Origin: Macrostomum lignano
Taxonomy: Eukaryota
Direction: 5' to 3'
Length of the DNA stretch: 64,000 nt
Assembly (NCBI GenBank): GCA_002269645.1
Contig: NIVC01003516.1
Span: 29,912-93,911 of the forward strand
Shown here in pieces: positions 23,601-35,260 of this stretch (position 1 is the stretch's first letter; each line of letters starts with the position of its first letter). A program made the position numbers and the translations under genes. The notes under the pieces were generated by a model. It was not told where the DNA came from. It worked only from the letters and a program-made list of their open reading frames with translations, and ran no database searches.

Positions 23601-26600
23601 ACAGGGAGAGGATGGTGAGAGACAGGGGAGAGGATGGTGAGAGACAGGGGAGAGGGTGGTGAGAGACAGGGGAGAGGGTGGTGAGAGACAGGGGAGGGGT
23701 CGTGAGAGACAGGGGAGAGTGTGGTGAGAGACAGGGGAGAGTGTGGTGAGAGACAGGGGAGAGTGTGGTGAGAGACAGATGAGAGGGTGGTGAGAGACAG
23801 GGGAGAGGGTGGTGGGAGACAGGGGAGAGAGTGGTGAGAGACAGGGGAGAGGGTGTTGAGAGACAGGGGAGAGGGCGGTGAGAGACAGGGGAGAGTGTGG
23901 TGAGAGACAGGGGAGAGGGTGTTAAGAGACAGGGGAGAGGGTGGTTAGAGACAGGGGAGAGGGTGGTGAGAGACAGAGAGAGGGTGGTGAGAGACAGGGA
24001 GAGGGTGGTGAGAGACAGGGGAGAGGGTGTTGAGAGACAGGGGAGAGGGTGTTGAGAGACAGGGGAGAGGGCGGTGAGAGACAGGGGAGAGGGTGTTGAG
24101 AGACAGGGGAGAGGGCGGTGAGAGACAGGGGAGAGGGTGGTGAGAGACAGGGGAGAGGGCGGTGAGAGACAGGGGAGAGGGTGGTGAGAGACAGGGGAGA
24201 GGGTGGTGGGAGACAGGGAGAGGGTGGTGAGAGACAGGGAGAGGGCGGTGAGAGACAGGGGAGAGGGTGGTGAGAGACGGGGAAGAGGGTGGTCAGAGAC
24301 ATTAGAGGAGGAAGGTGACAGTTTGCAAATCGCCAGGCAAATAAAGGTGCAAGGTGTGATCCGGGAACAAAGAAGACAGAAGCCGAAGATGACCCTGCCC
24401 TGTAAAAACTGCTTCTAATAGGACGAGAAGGCCAAACCGGACGATAAAGCAAAGGGAAAAGCGGCATCCAAGGAGGACCCAAAAGCGAAGGGCAAAGGTG
24501 AGTTGAGGCTTGTTGCTCAGCCGTTTAGCATTCAGTGAGTTGGATGGTGTTAACTGGCTCTGACATAATTCCCACAGCTGCTCAGGCCAGCGAGAAGGAC
24601 GCCAAGGCGGGCGCCAAGTCCGGCAAAGGTCGCGGCGCCAGGGTCAAGGTCTCAACGCCTCAGCCGGAACCGGAGGTCAGATTGTACTTTAGTATGGAGT
24701 TCTTAATTTCTTAGAACTGCTCTGGTGCTGGTTGGACCGGAGATTGGCAGTCAAGCAAAGATTCCAACAAGTTTCAATATTTTCCTATCTGTTTGTGCAT
24801 TTCTGTATGAACAAAACCTTATTTACGAGCCGTAGCATAGCGCCACAGAGCAAATCTTTGAGAACTTCTTTCTAATGATATGTCTGAAAATGTTTTGATG
24901 AACTTGTGAAACGAACTTTGGAATTTAGAAGCTCAGAAGAAGAGGGTGAGCTACTGTCCAATTTAGTGCTAAAAACTGAAAACTAAGAAGGATGGACGCA
25001 GGGGGCCATAGTCTGTAGGCTAGCGTGGCGCTCTGATGTGCCAGCGGCCCAGACTCGATTCCAAGTGCAGTCGCATTAATTTGGGGCTAAATTGGAATCT
25101 CGGCTTGGCTCTGCTCGTGCAATTAACGCCCTTGAGGGTCAACTCCCAAGACACAGTGAAGTGTACATTTCGCTGTGTACACTCCTGTGTGAGTGTGTGC
25201 CTGTGTGTATGACTGCGTACATATCCGCGCGCTTGTGTGCCTGCTCAGGGGAGTCGGCGGAATGGGCATCGCTCAAAGTGCGGTAAGGTGCAGACAACCC
25301 CCTGACTCTAATATAAAAAATAGATGGATGGACGCTGCCTAGATGTGTCCCATGTCTAACATCTAAGATTCTAACAATGATGCAGTCACGTCCTCAACCC
25401 CTCACAGCAAGTCGAGGTCCACTTCGACTCGGAGCACCCGCTGCTGGAACGTGCCGACGCCAGCTACGCGCCTGGTCACCTGCTGGTGCCCGGGAACTAC
25501 GCCCTGGCACTGCTGAACCTGTCCCGTGAGTTCCAACTGCGAGTTTTTCTACGTTTAATTGCATTTCTTGCTTCTCTGGAATTTGTTTTATTTTTACAAC
25601 GGATAGATGAAAATTGAAATGTTTTTTCGTAAAAAATCCTAATACTTTGAAATTTATTATTTATATTTTCACCAGGAATGACGCCGGAAAAAGTGACCAG
25701 ATTATTTCGATAACGTAATTCCCAGCTTCCTCCATTCACTGAGCAATCAAAGCTTGCGATATGTTGCGATATTCACTGCTCCAATGTTAACTACGTGTAG
25801 CTATTAAAAAATTCAGCGTTTCACGCGTGCTGTAACCGCGAGGTATTTCAATAAGGCCTCAATTGTATTTTCTATCGCTAATAAAAAATCTCCCACGTCA
25901 CTCTTGATGGCAATCTTCAAGATTCGTTCAAATTTGCGCCAAAATAAAACCAAGTTAAACAGCTTTTCAAACCGTTAAAAAAATAATTCTAAACATTATT
26001 TTAAATCAAAGTTTTAGTTCAAAAAATAACTTCAAGAGTGTTCAAAATTTGTGTTCACAATGTCCCTTGTTGTACTGAACTTATTGTACTTATTTTACTG
26101 AACGAACGACTCTTGAATGCTGCCCAAATCAATCAATGTACAATCGTGCACAACTTTTACAAGATCAACAAAAAATTTATTTTCTTATTTACTTATATAA
26201 CTAAACAATATTGTTAAAGCCGTTGTGACGACTAAACCTCGTAGGCAATCACATCACGGATCGTGGCGTTGACGAATGGAAAACGGCTATTAAATACCAG
26301 GCGGCTTACATGGCCAAGCAGAAAGTGCACGGAACTGGCATGCTGAAGCTCATGCTGCAGGTGAGAGTTCGGACCCTGCGGTATTTTCCTTTGTCCGTTC
26401 GAGAAAAACAGTTAAAAAACACGTTGTTCGGTCCATTATAATGCCAACTGTGGTTTGTGCCACGGTGTTGCAGAGTTCAATGAAGAGCCAATCAGAAGGC
26501 AGCGAGGGGGGGGAACAGAGTAAACAGAGATGAGGCCAGATGAACTGAATACGGGCTCGTAGATGACTAAGACAGATCTGATTTCCTCCATCAAATAGTC

Positions 26601-27042
26601 TATGTCGAAATCCCATTCAGCACTGTGCGTTCTTCGGAGCATACTACTTGTACATGTTTATATAAATCAGAAGCCCTCACAGCCTTTCTATCCGACCCTC
26701 GGGTCCTTTGAAACTTCTCTCCTCTCCCTCATCTTCTGTTCTCTCCCTTCTCCTCTCCCCTCGCCTATATCTCCTTTATTCTCGCCTCCTCTCTCTCCTC
26801 TCCTCTGGCCCACAGTCATGCGCTGGGTTCTATACGAGCGTGTCTGGCCCTTGAGGTAACAAAGTTTGCCGACCCCTGATGTAAATGCAGCATAGTGAGA
26901 GAGGCAACTTAGCGTTGGCGTCAGATTGTTTATTTTTGCGCCGCAGGGAAACCCGTTCTCAACGGAAACGGACAACTACAAAGCATTGGAAGACGCGTTG
27001 AATGCTCGAGATCCGCTGAGGCCCGGGGTTGCCGACACCTGA
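2634..27042 (+). CDS. LRRC71: Leucine-rich repeat protein LRRC71-like, 14 coding exons: 2634-2685, 3154-3272, 3925-4033, 5153-5363, 17359-17508, 17603-17762, 19001-19168, 22264-22311, 23250-23363, 24422-24497, 24578-24675, 25408-25525, 26245-26360, 26947-27042
   Basis: All junctions are GT-AG with compatible phases. Peptides EPYQPTGNFQTDFAELC, KPCIQVEMDHPDRQDSVTEVFIKDWK, LRTNRTLLHLSLSNNRLTDRSAIALAQVCSRFFLTHEETVQRRRL, HPLLERAD...PGNYALALLNLSRNHIT and RDP resemble vertebrate LRRC71 as I recall it (no database search run). Confidence 0.85.
5405..5410. repeat. Left target-site duplication CCAATG
   Basis: The identical hexamer flanks the other end of the element at 15111-15116. Confidence 0.95.
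5411..6627 (+). repeat. Left terminal inverted repeat (~1217 bp)
   Basis: Reverse complement of 13874-15110. The central part is identical (the same 72-aa peptide appears at 5941-6159 minus and 14339-14557 plus); the outer ~170 bp and the inner part differ. Confidence 0.95.
6575..6580 (-). terminator. Putative AATAAA polyadenylation signal for polB, inside the left TIR
   Basis: TTTATT on the + strand, about 60 nt past the polB stop codon at 6639. Confidence 0.55.
6639..11857 (-). CDS. polB: Protein-primed family B DNA polymerase (~1270-1295 aa). Exons (minus): 11857 or 11799-11797, 10896-10210, 10031-8134, 8016-7469, 7392-7100, 7032-6639. Two 1-nt frameshifts (~8447, ~7386)
   Basis: ExoI YYDFET, ExoII IAHNGSAYD, FKDSLNFIP, KGDFPH, ExoIII YCLQDTLIL; motif A YRDA|VSLYP, motif B AKIFLNS|LWGKF, motif C YADTDS|VVY; C-terminal GPKLY, KCKGI and RPYGF. 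Introns have GTAAGT or GTGAGT donors and (C/T)AG acceptors in matching phase. The first exon is inferred. Confidence 0.9.
10970..11620. repeat. Degenerate ~85-100 bp tandem units inside the inferred polB intron 1
   Basis: TCTGCAATTTTTT(T)AACCC recurs at ~11020, 11120, 11203, 11288 and 11494, each followed by related GGCTC(A/T)TTGTTTGCGCT sequence. Confidence 0.8.
11910..12030. promoter_or_regulatory. Divergent promoter region: TATATA (11910-11915) facing polB and TATATAAAG (12022-12030) facing the PC4-like ORF
   Basis: The TATA-like boxes lie about 50 nt upstream of ATG 11857 (minus) and ATG 12074 (plus). Confidence 0.55.
12074..12610 (+). CDS. PC4-like (Sub1/p15) ssDNA-binding protein, probably two tandem PC4 folds plus a basic/acidic tail (178 aa)
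   Basis: LIEIRRLYTDEAGVWKDGFPAIYLSEVEWKKL matches the PC4 pattern IDIRExxxDxxGxxxPGxKGISLxxxQWxxL. A second unit is IRLRRNW...YTIEFTPELWRRM. The tail has the NLS-like PPPAKRAR. Confidence 0.65.
   Translation: MSSSIALYENFVARKPTFETEHDLIEIRRLYTDEAGVWKDGFPAIYLSEVEWKKLEAARPDLEAAARLHVDKRVVLGSFKAAEASQGRIRLRRNWLNRDPKFNWRYTIEFTPELWRRMFAARLGKLFKPKAPPPAKRARTETSPVARTEEEEENLQVAGLKPYQSPPWENLFDESQRW
12617..12652 (+). promoter_or_regulatory. CCAAT (ATTGG) plus TATA box upstream of ORF 12723
   Basis: ATTGG at 12617-12621, TATATAA at 12646-12652, and ATG 12723 in CCAACATG context. Confidence 0.5.
12723..13463 (+). CDS. Acidic orphan protein with an Ala/Ser/Asp repeat core (246 aa; may extend to 13698)
   Basis: Long ORF with its own TATA box, a duplicated DSD(P/T)GSEIFD(I/L)P motif and a helical C-terminal part. 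No recognisable family. Confidence 0.6.
   Translation: MSRRRALSTLWDKNRPSEELAFLDGEIPEHIIPIGIENGGLDYPENWGADIALSWALWAITYDSDPGSEIFDIPWGNSFDSDTGSEIFDLPPLTIGGGVNAAAADSGASADADSATSAADADSAAADPGVSASAAPATSADSGVSASATSAADADSAAADSGVSASAASSQASISSATTILLFGDEEMNMAEEIAMVRDRFRRIVASFFHRDIEWLRSRHPDGLPPQDTFVEAFNRVLDTLVSRGG
13874..15110 (-). repeat. Right terminal inverted repeat (~1237 bp)
   Basis: Reverse complement of 5411-6627. Confidence 0.95.
13921..13926 (+). terminator. Putative AATAAA polyadenylation signal for the plus-strand ORFs, inside the right TIR
   Basis: Mirror copy of the signal at 6575-6580. Confidence 0.55.
15111..15116. repeat. Right target-site duplication CCAATG
   Basis: Identical to 5405-5410. 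Confidence 0.95.
15370..17228. repeat. 21-bp tandem array GCTAAAATGAGTGCCTG(C/G)(A/G)GC, ~88 units, with a 294-bp higher-order period
   Basis: Read directly. The variant GCGAAG sits at 15991, 16285, 16852 and 17146. Confidence 0.95.
17772..18868. repeat. 20-bp minisatellite CCAGATCCTTTCC(TGACATT/CGATATG)
   Basis: Read directly; the unit variant switches along the array. Confidence 0.95.
19456..21124. repeat. 21-bp minisatellite CCCGTTGCTATGGTTTGAACA
   Basis: Read directly. Confidence 0.95.
21865..22092. repeat. ~34-bp tandem repeat with two CCAATC motifs per unit
   Basis: GTCTCAGCCAATCAGACACCACAACCAATCGAAT, about 6 copies. Confidence 0.85.
22593..22926. repeat. 32-bp minisatellite TTATCCCTCGATAATCCTAAAGATAAGTAAGA
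   Basis: Read directly, about 10 copies. Confidence 0.9.
23521..24298. repeat. Purine-rich ~21-22-bp minisatellite GGTGAGAGACAGGGGAGAGG-type
   Basis: Read directly. Confidence 0.9.
24998..25320 (+). mobile_element. tRNA-derived SINE family A, copy 1
   Basis: Shares GTGCCAGCGGCCC..CTCGATTCCAAGTGCAGTCGCATTAATTTG...CAGGGGAGTCGGCGGAATGGGCA with three other copies; A-rich end. Confidence 0.7.
26660..26878. mobile_element. hAT/Charlie-like MITE remnant (related pieces at 58790-59117 and 59510-59750)
   Basis: Ends in GTTTGCCGACCCCTG (reverse complement CAGGGGTCGGCAAAC, a Charlie-type TIR), also at 59103-59117. Shares GCCCTCA(C/A)AGCCT(T/C)TCTATCCG..CCTCGGGTCCTTTGAAAC and a CT-rich interior. The partner TIR was not found. 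Confidence 0.45.
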
Positions 27043-27960
27043 CGGGCTTGAGCGCAACTAATGGCCTGCTTATTGACAAAAAACCCATTTTTATAATATT
27101 TCTGAGTATACGATTCTCGTTTCGAATCGTTTAAGTTTATAACAACCAAAATGGATTTTTTCGGTGCTTAACACACTGTACTGTAAGTAGTTTATGGTTA
27201 AATAAGATGACCTTCTGATGTAAATGTTTAAAATTAAAGTTATTTTGAGATTAATTACAGTGTTGCAACCCAGCACCCAATTGAACTCTTTTTCTGCAAA
27301 ACAGTCCGCGTCTGAAAACCTCTCATTGGATTCGAATTATTGTCACTTTACTCTGAGGTTTATGAGTAGATCGGTTCTATAACTTTCAACATAATGCCTT
27401 TTTGGGCTGGGTTCTCAAGCATCATTTTTCTGGAATTCAGTTTGAGTTGCTCTCTTATCCAGACCTTCTGCAGCGAACCCATTACCTTTAAAATATCTGC
27501 GTCCTCGTCCGCAGTTCTTGCACACTTCTGTCGGTAACTGTCATTAAATGAGATCAAACAGGAATGCTAAAATGGATTTCAGAACCCTCTTATTTTACTT
27601 TTGAAGATGACGTGTAAATTAATAAATTAATCAGAATGATTTTTAGCTCTGTATGAAAAATCAAAAGCTACAAAATAATCTGGGCCTTCTTATTTATTTA
27701 TTTATCGGTGTTTAAATGTAAAATACATTTCTGAGAGGCATGGCCTCACATCTTGTGTCACTGCACCGACATCAAGGAGGTTAGCATTGCACAGACACTG
27801 GACACTCTACTGCATGAAAAATACGAGTGGGTGATCGACAGTAAAAACTGAGGAGAAACCGAGTGCAGAGGCATTCAAAAGCTGCTACTGTATGCCAGAG
27901 AGGCTGCTATGGTCGCCTCTCTTCTGTTGGGAAACTCTGCAGGGAAAGAAGTCTCAGGAG

Positions 27961-29429
27961 CTACAGTTGCTCCCGCACGCGACGTCCTGAGCGACGTCCA
28001 GGCGCTACCGAAGTCGGCATCAGCGGCCTGCCGCCGCCAAGGCAGCCTGGCAGGGAGGCCCGAATCACCTGCTGAGCCTGATGCGGCTCCGTTGTCACCT
28101 GGTGATGCATCGAGCCAGCGGAAGCCAGGCAGGACGACTGTTGACTGGCCTTGGAGCACTGGCACGACTCGCACTGGCCACAGCCGACCAGCTCCAGCAT
28201 CAGATTCAGCCGGCTGACCACCACCTGCTGGAAATCGTTGCTGCTGTTGGTGTGGTGCTGCTGGTATTGTTGCTGAGGCTGAGGCTCAGAGAAGCTGGCA
28301 TCCTGGCCCTGATCCCCAGACGAGAGCATCGGCATGCTGGAGTTCAACTTAGTGCTTGATGAGAAGACTGTCGGCTGGTATTCAGTCGTCATCTTGCCAA
28401 CGCGCTGGTGCTGCTGAGGTTGCTGCTGCTGACGGCAGAACTCGGCTGCCTCTTGCTGCATCATGGACGGCACCTGCGGCAGTCGCTGCTGCTGCTGACG
28501 ACGCAACTGCGGCTTGCCGTCGGCTGTGACGGTGGGGCTGCGGCCGTACAGGGTGCTTTGAGGCTCGTCGAACTGAGTGCTTAGCGCAGTCGGATCGGCC
28601 CGGTGTCTGCCGGTAGTGGTCTGCGGTTGCTGCATGCAGGTGTCTGGAACCGGTACCTTACACGATCGCTGACTCTGCTTGTGTGCGCAACCCATGCTGG
28701 CCTTATTGGGTCTCTGCGGCTTCTGCTGCTGAATTTGCATCTCCATTTGCTGTTGCTGCTGCCTGCTGCGAGACTGTTTGCCGCCAGTGGCTCTGGGCTG
28801 GGGACTCTGATCGTACAGGAAAATCTGCTGCTGGTGATGGAGGCGGCTGTTGCCACAGCTTCTGATGGCATCTTCTGAGACATTCGGGTGTCGCTTCGGA
28901 GCCTGCAGAGGTTAGGTAAGAGGTTAGGAGCACAGATATTTCCCGCTTCAGTGTAAATGCAAACTGCATCTGATTTACACGTACTTACCCGAACTTCTAG
29001 TGGAGGATTCTCCAATGAGCTGCAGTCGCTCTCTTCATTTGAAGACGGTCCTATTGGGTCATTGGCGCTGACGTACTCGACTGGAACTTTACTGCAGGTT
29101 CGCTGCGTTTGCTGGGCTTGCATATCGGATGGCTGCTGCTGATGCATCCTTGACAATGCGGTCTGTCTCTGGTGGAACTGTTGCTGCTGCTGCCATTGCT
29201 GAGGCTGTTGCTGTTTCTGCTGCAGATGTTGGCGCCTGCAGCTGGAAGTGACAACTGATGCCGACTTCTTCGATTTGTAGATCTTGTGAGGCTCCATACT
29301 GTGATCGCCGCTATCCATCGGCCTCATCGGAGGCTGGTAGCTGCTGTCTTCGTCATCGTAGGCATCGTCATCCATCGGGCTGGCACAGTGGTATTGCTGA
29401 TGCGTCATCGGCGACATTGATGGCTGCAT
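27961..29429 (-). CDS. Gln/Ser-rich low-complexity protein, 2 exons (29429-28989, 28902-27961), 460 aa
   Basis: Two ORFs are joined in frame by an 86-bp GTAAGT...CTGCAG intron. No recognisable domain. Confidence 0.6.
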
Positions 29430-32400
29430 GTTTAATGACGCTGCTTACGAGTATTTGGTCTGACTGAGAATTCAAGTATAGTGTTTCGACTTTTCAGGGA
29501 GCTCTAAAAGGCAAGCTGTTAGCTCGTACACTACATTTTCGTCTGGATATGATTACGTGTATTATAGACTAGTTTAGTTTTTTTCAATTGCCTATTTTTC
29601 CATAGACCAATAGCTAGATTAATTTTTCACATGTGCATGCATATAAGCATTTAAGCTTAAAAAATAACAAATCGAATCTGGCGGATCATAGATGAACCAA
29701 GGACTACTCAAGTAGCTAGTCTACTACTTGAGTAGTCTTTGAGATAGACTCTCTAGAATTATTGCTCTTTAGGTTTGCCACAGAGACAGAGGCATCGGCT
29801 TGTTTATCTCAAATTTTGAAGGCACCTACAGAGTGAGGTGTCCACAAACTTTATTGTATATGTCACAATTAATTAAGCTGTACATGTGCATCTAATTTTT
29901 ACATGTATAAACTGATTTTATGGCCAGAAAGATTTACATAAAAACAGTTCCACGCGGTTTTTAGTGAAGATCGTCTACATGTATTCATTTACAGAAATCT
30001 TAGCCAGAAACTGAGAAACTTCGTGTAAAACTAGGTTAATTTTTTGTGCGATAGGGATGATGCAGCATCCTGACTTTTCAAAATCCCATCTCAGATAAGA
30101 CATTCACATTAGATGCGATTTTGCATCATAGTGCCAGTAAAAAACTCAGGCTAGGTTTTTTTATGCAATATGCACATTAGATGCAATATGCATCTTATTA
30201 GCGCCAGCGAAAAAAACCTTATTAGCGCCAGCGTATGACCCTAAATCTAAGAAAGAGCCCTTATCTTAGAAAGCTTAATTGATCCAACGAGCGTAAGAGC
30301 ACTTTTGTGAATTTTATGATAGACCACTATTTTTAGTAGTACCACTTAATAACGAAAAGTTTCTTTAAATTTGTTCTGATAACAGGCATTTTCTTTCCGC
30401 GCGGGTTCTATATCTTGGTTGTTCTATGTAATAACAAAACAACACAGAATAAATTTAGTTAGAAAGCACTTACTTTTTAAGGTAGTATATTTCCTTACTG
30501 AAAGTATTAAACAGATAAAAAAAACCGCTTTTTAAAGAAGCAAACTGACCTAATCTAAACCGATTTTATCGGAAGAAATTGAAATCGAAATTTTATCGCA
30601 TTTTAAGTTCCACCATGTGAAAGTTATTATTTTTCATTTTCTTTTTGCCATCTAAGAATAGATTATAGCGTAGCGTGCTCATTAGTGCTTATCTAATTTC
30701 TTTTTGTCTTAATTGCCTATGATTTGATTTGTTCGGTCTGTAACTTCATTTTCAGTTTTATTCTGTGATTCTGTATCATTGTATAAGGCCTACCTAATAC
30801 AGACTGGGCTGACTGACCTACTGAGACCAGCTAATTAATATTTAAACCACATAATAATCGCAATGTGTTGCTATTTATGATAAAGATTTGGCACATAAAC
30901 CCTTTTGTATGACTAGAGATTAGTGGTGCTGGAACTCAATCTATGACAGGCTAAGTCTATAAGACTTAGACTATAGTATCATTATAGCATTAGTAAACCA
31001 ACTAAGATTAAGAATGTTTGTGAAAAATGAATGTGTTTAATTAATTTAAACCATTTATATTTATATATTTTATATAAAATTGAAACTGGCTCTGATTCCA
31101 AGCAATTAATATATTTAGTAATAAAAAGCTTCTTATTTTAATAAGCAGTTCAACTGTTCAAGACTATTTATTACTTTAATTTTATTGGACAGTTAATTTC
31201 ATTATTAAAATAAATGATTAGATATTAGAATACTGGTTCCATATTTTTAAGACTGCAGAAAAACAATCTTTTAAATTTATAATTTTTGTATAGGCCTTAA
31301 TCAGTGGACAATGATTTTCTTCCTATTAAACTCTCCACTATAATTGTGGGGCTATGATTTATTTGTGAGTAAAAATAATAAAGTATAGTTTTAATGAGTA
31401 AATACAATTTAGTCAATAATAGCATTTGATATACTTTATATAGGCTATATACTACTATTATTATTGTAATATACTATCCCTCATTATCACACCACCATAT
31501 CATGTACTACCAAAAGCCATATCAATGTGTGCCAACTTTTTTCATATAAACAAAGTGCATGCTAGACCATTCCAGGATAAACAATATCTTCCAAAATATT
31601 AATATTAAGTTTAAGTTAAGTATTCTATATAGCCTTTTTATAATGTTCTATAAAATAATTTTTGTAGTAAAATTAAAATGCTTGCAATATAAGTTAAGAC
31701 CCACAATAATTTTTCTATGTGCTTTTATAGAGAATTTTTATTATCATTGCCCAAACTTGCTTTACCATCTTGAAGAGGTTAAGAGTCATTGGATTAGGCA
31801 GAATTGCCTCAATGCTATACCTTTTCATGTTTAATTTTGACCAAAGTCCAGCATTAGCCAGTCTGAATTGTCTGAATTGATTTCCACTAGTTTTTAAAAA
31901 ACTGGACTTTGATCAAAATTGAATGTGAAAAGGTGTAGTAGTAGCGCTATGCTATAACTAAAGAATAAAAATATTAGACTTTGCTAATACTAGGGTCTTG
32001 TGGTTAAATCCTGGTTTATTTCAAGGAAATATTTTTGTCCTCTATACAGTATGTTATAAGAATCTTTAAAATCAACATAGAAGCCAATTAAAAGTTTGTG
32101 TTGAATTTTGAAAAGTACTTTTTTAATACTCAGTGCTCTAAATTATTATTTTGGAGGTAAAATAAAATGTTTGTTTCACTTGATAGTATATGAAAGAATT
32201 GACCAAAGTGAAAAAAATTATTCAACAATATCTATTTTGAACTTTTGTTTTTGAAAAATCCAGACACTAGAACAACTAGATGGGCCACTCAGCACATTTG
32301 CATGCAAGCTACTTTCAGTTCAATAGTAAGTTAAACTGAAGCATTTTAATGTAGTCTTGAAGACAAGGCTCATTTATTGGCTTCTACCCCAAACTTAAAC

Positions 32401-32621
32401 CCTCAAACTCCACACAGATCCCAGTATTTTGTTCCATAATTGCAGGATTCACTACTACTCTTGCTAACAAAACTAGACTGAGTAGTCTGTTTTGAGTTCT
32501 GCTTTGAATCTAGGCTTGCTTGCTCTCTAGCATGATATTTTCTATTCTACTAGTACTTGAGCATTGCCCGGTCCATGGTCTCCATTAACTTCATGCTTCA
32601 GCTACTTTGCTGCCAGTGAGG

Positions 32622-35260
32622 ATGTACCGCCGGAATTTCCCAAACGATCCGGGCTTTGCCGACAGCATTGCTGTCGCCGCCAGGCAGCAGCAGATGCAGC
32701 AGAGCCTGGGCTCGAATCGAACTCGTGGCGTCCGTCTTGTCCGTTACTTCGTTGTCGCAGCGCTGCTCCTCTCTGGCTGCTGTCTGGCCTACTGGAATGA
32801 AGCTCGCGCCGTGGCCCGCGACCGAATCCTCTACGAAGGCCTGGAACGAGTGACGTCACTGCCAGCTGCTGAGTACCACTCTACTGGCAACGAGGGTCGC
32901 CTAGTGCACGTTTCGGGTCAGCTGACCGTGTCTGGCTGGTGCCTGGACCCAGAGTTCCGCGTTCGCCTGCGGGCTTATCGAATGCAACGCACCGTTGAGA
33001 TGTACCAGTGGCGCGAGGAGCTTGAGCACAGCGAGGTGAGGCAATATCGGAGGCTGGAGGAGGTCGGGATGCTATGGTCACAGGTATGAATGAGATCGCA
33101 AGATCCCGGTTTTTCGTGATCCCGGGTTTAAAGGCTCGTAAAATATAAGTCACATTTTTTCAATGTCACACTTTATCAATGTCACACTTTATCAATGTCA
33201 CACTATATCAATGTCACACTTTATTAATGTCACACTTTATTAATGTCACACTTTATCAATGTCACACTTTATCCAAATTTCACACTTTATCAATGTCACA
33301 CTTTATCAATGTCACAATTTATCAATGTCACACTATATCAATGTCACACTTTATTAATGTCACACTTTATTAATGTCACACTTTATCAATGTCACACTTT
33401 ATCCAAATTTCACACTTTATCAATGTCACACTTTATCAATGTCACAATTTATCAATGTCACACTATATCAATGTCACACTTTATTAATGTCACACTTTAT
33501 TAATGTCACACTTTATCAATGTCACAATTTATCAATGTCACACTATATCAATGTCACACTTTATTAATGTCACACTTTATTAATGTCACACTTTATCAAT
33601 GTCACACTTTATCCAAATTTCACACTTTATCAATGTCACACTTTATCAATGTCACACATTATCAATGTCACACTTTATCCAGTCACACTTTATCAATGTC
33701 ACACTTTATCCAAGTCACACTTTATCAATGCCACACTTTATCAATGCCACACTTTATCCAGTCACAGTTTCTCCCCTTGTCTCTACTTTATCAGTTGTGT
33801 CAAATCAGTGCTTATTGCTAATTAGTTATCTGATCCCACTTACACTGGATCTCAGGTGACGCAGCCCGATGGCAGCTCTCGCACAGAATCTGTGCCGGTG
33901 TACAGAACCGACTGGCTGCCCTACCTGGTGGACAGTCGGCAGTTCCAGGAGCAGCGGCAGCACCAGAATCCGCGCTCTCTGCCGCACGCGAGCATAAATT
34001 TCACTGCCGATGCGGCCAGCCTTGGCGCATTCGAACTGGCGCCAGTGTTCCTGGATCAGCTGACTGCCGACACTGCGCTGAAGAATCCGCCAAGCAGTGA
34101 GGTGTGTCAAATGTCTGCCTTGTGTACCTATCTAAACTGCTCACCTGTCTGCCTGAACTACTCATCTACCTGTCTAAACTGCTCACCTGTCTGCCGAAAC
34201 TACTCATCTACCTGCCGAAACTACTCATCTACCTGTCTAAACTACTCATCTACCTGTCGAAACTACTCATCTACCGTCTGAACTGCTCATCTACCTGTCT
34301 AAACTACTCATCTACCTGCCGAAACTACTCATCTACCTATCTAAACTACTCATCTACCTGTCTGAACTACTCATCTACCTGTCTAAACTACTCATCTACC
34401 TGTCTAAACTACTCATCTACCTGTCTGAACTGCTCATCTACCTGTCTAAACCACTCATCTACCTGTCTAAACTACTGATCTACCTGTCTAAACTACTCAT
34501 CTACCTGTCTGAACTGCTCATCTACCTGTCTAAACTACTCATCTACCTGCCTAAACTACTCATCTACCTGCCTAAACTACTCATCTACCTGTCTGAACTG
34601 CTCATCTATCTGTCGAAACTACTGCACCTGCACTTATCCCCTACCCCGCAGGTGCCCCTAGAAGAGCTGTCCAAGCGCGGCTACCAGTGGCTGGACGGTC
34701 ACCTGTACGCAGCCGGCTCCGACCCCAGGCGGCCGCAGGTTAGCGATGCGCGAATTCGCTGGAGCTACGGCGGCCTCGCTGGCGAGGCGGTCACCATCGT
34801 TGGCCGTCAGTCGGGCTCCAGCCTGGCAGCTTTCCCTGTGCCGGACGGCGAGATCGACTCCATAGCTCTGCTGGCCAGGGGCTATCAATCCCCTAGGCGA
34901 ATGTTCGCCTGGCAGCTGGCCAAGAGCCGGCTGCATCTCTGGCTGCTCAGGGCCGCCGCCTGGCTGCTCATGCTCATCGCCTGCTTTGTGCCCGGCTCTC
35001 GCGGCGTAGAAATTCTTCTGTGGCGGCTGGCCCCGCCGCTGCGGCCGCTGCTGGCTCTGCCGCCTGTCACTCTTTATGTGTGCCTGTCCGGCTGCCTGTC
35101 GCTGGCAGTCACCGGTGTGGCTTGGCTGCGTCACCGGCCCGTCATGGGCCTGACGCTGATGCTGGTCTGCGCGGCGCCGCCTGCGCTGGCCCGCCTGCGG
35201 CCGGCCGCCATTGCCGCCGCTGCCAGGCTGCGGAGCAGGACGACCGCGGCGCCGATTTGA
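32622..35260 (+). CDS. TMEM43: TMEM43/LUMA-family membrane protein, exons 32622-33035, 33856-34101, 34652-35260 (422 aa)
   Basis: YWNEARAV, NEGRLVHVSGQL, DPEFRV, RTVEMYQWRE, HQNP, PQVSDARIRW, VTIVGRQ and C-terminal hydrophobic helices. Phase-0 GT-AG junctions. Confidence 0.8.
33162..33765. repeat. 16-bp minisatellite TCAATGTCACACTTTA in TMEM43 intron 1
   Basis: Read directly. Confidence 0.95.
34127..34625. repeat. 21-bp minisatellite CTGTCTAAACTACTCATCTAC filling TMEM43 intron 2
   Basis: Read directly. Confidence 0.95.
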
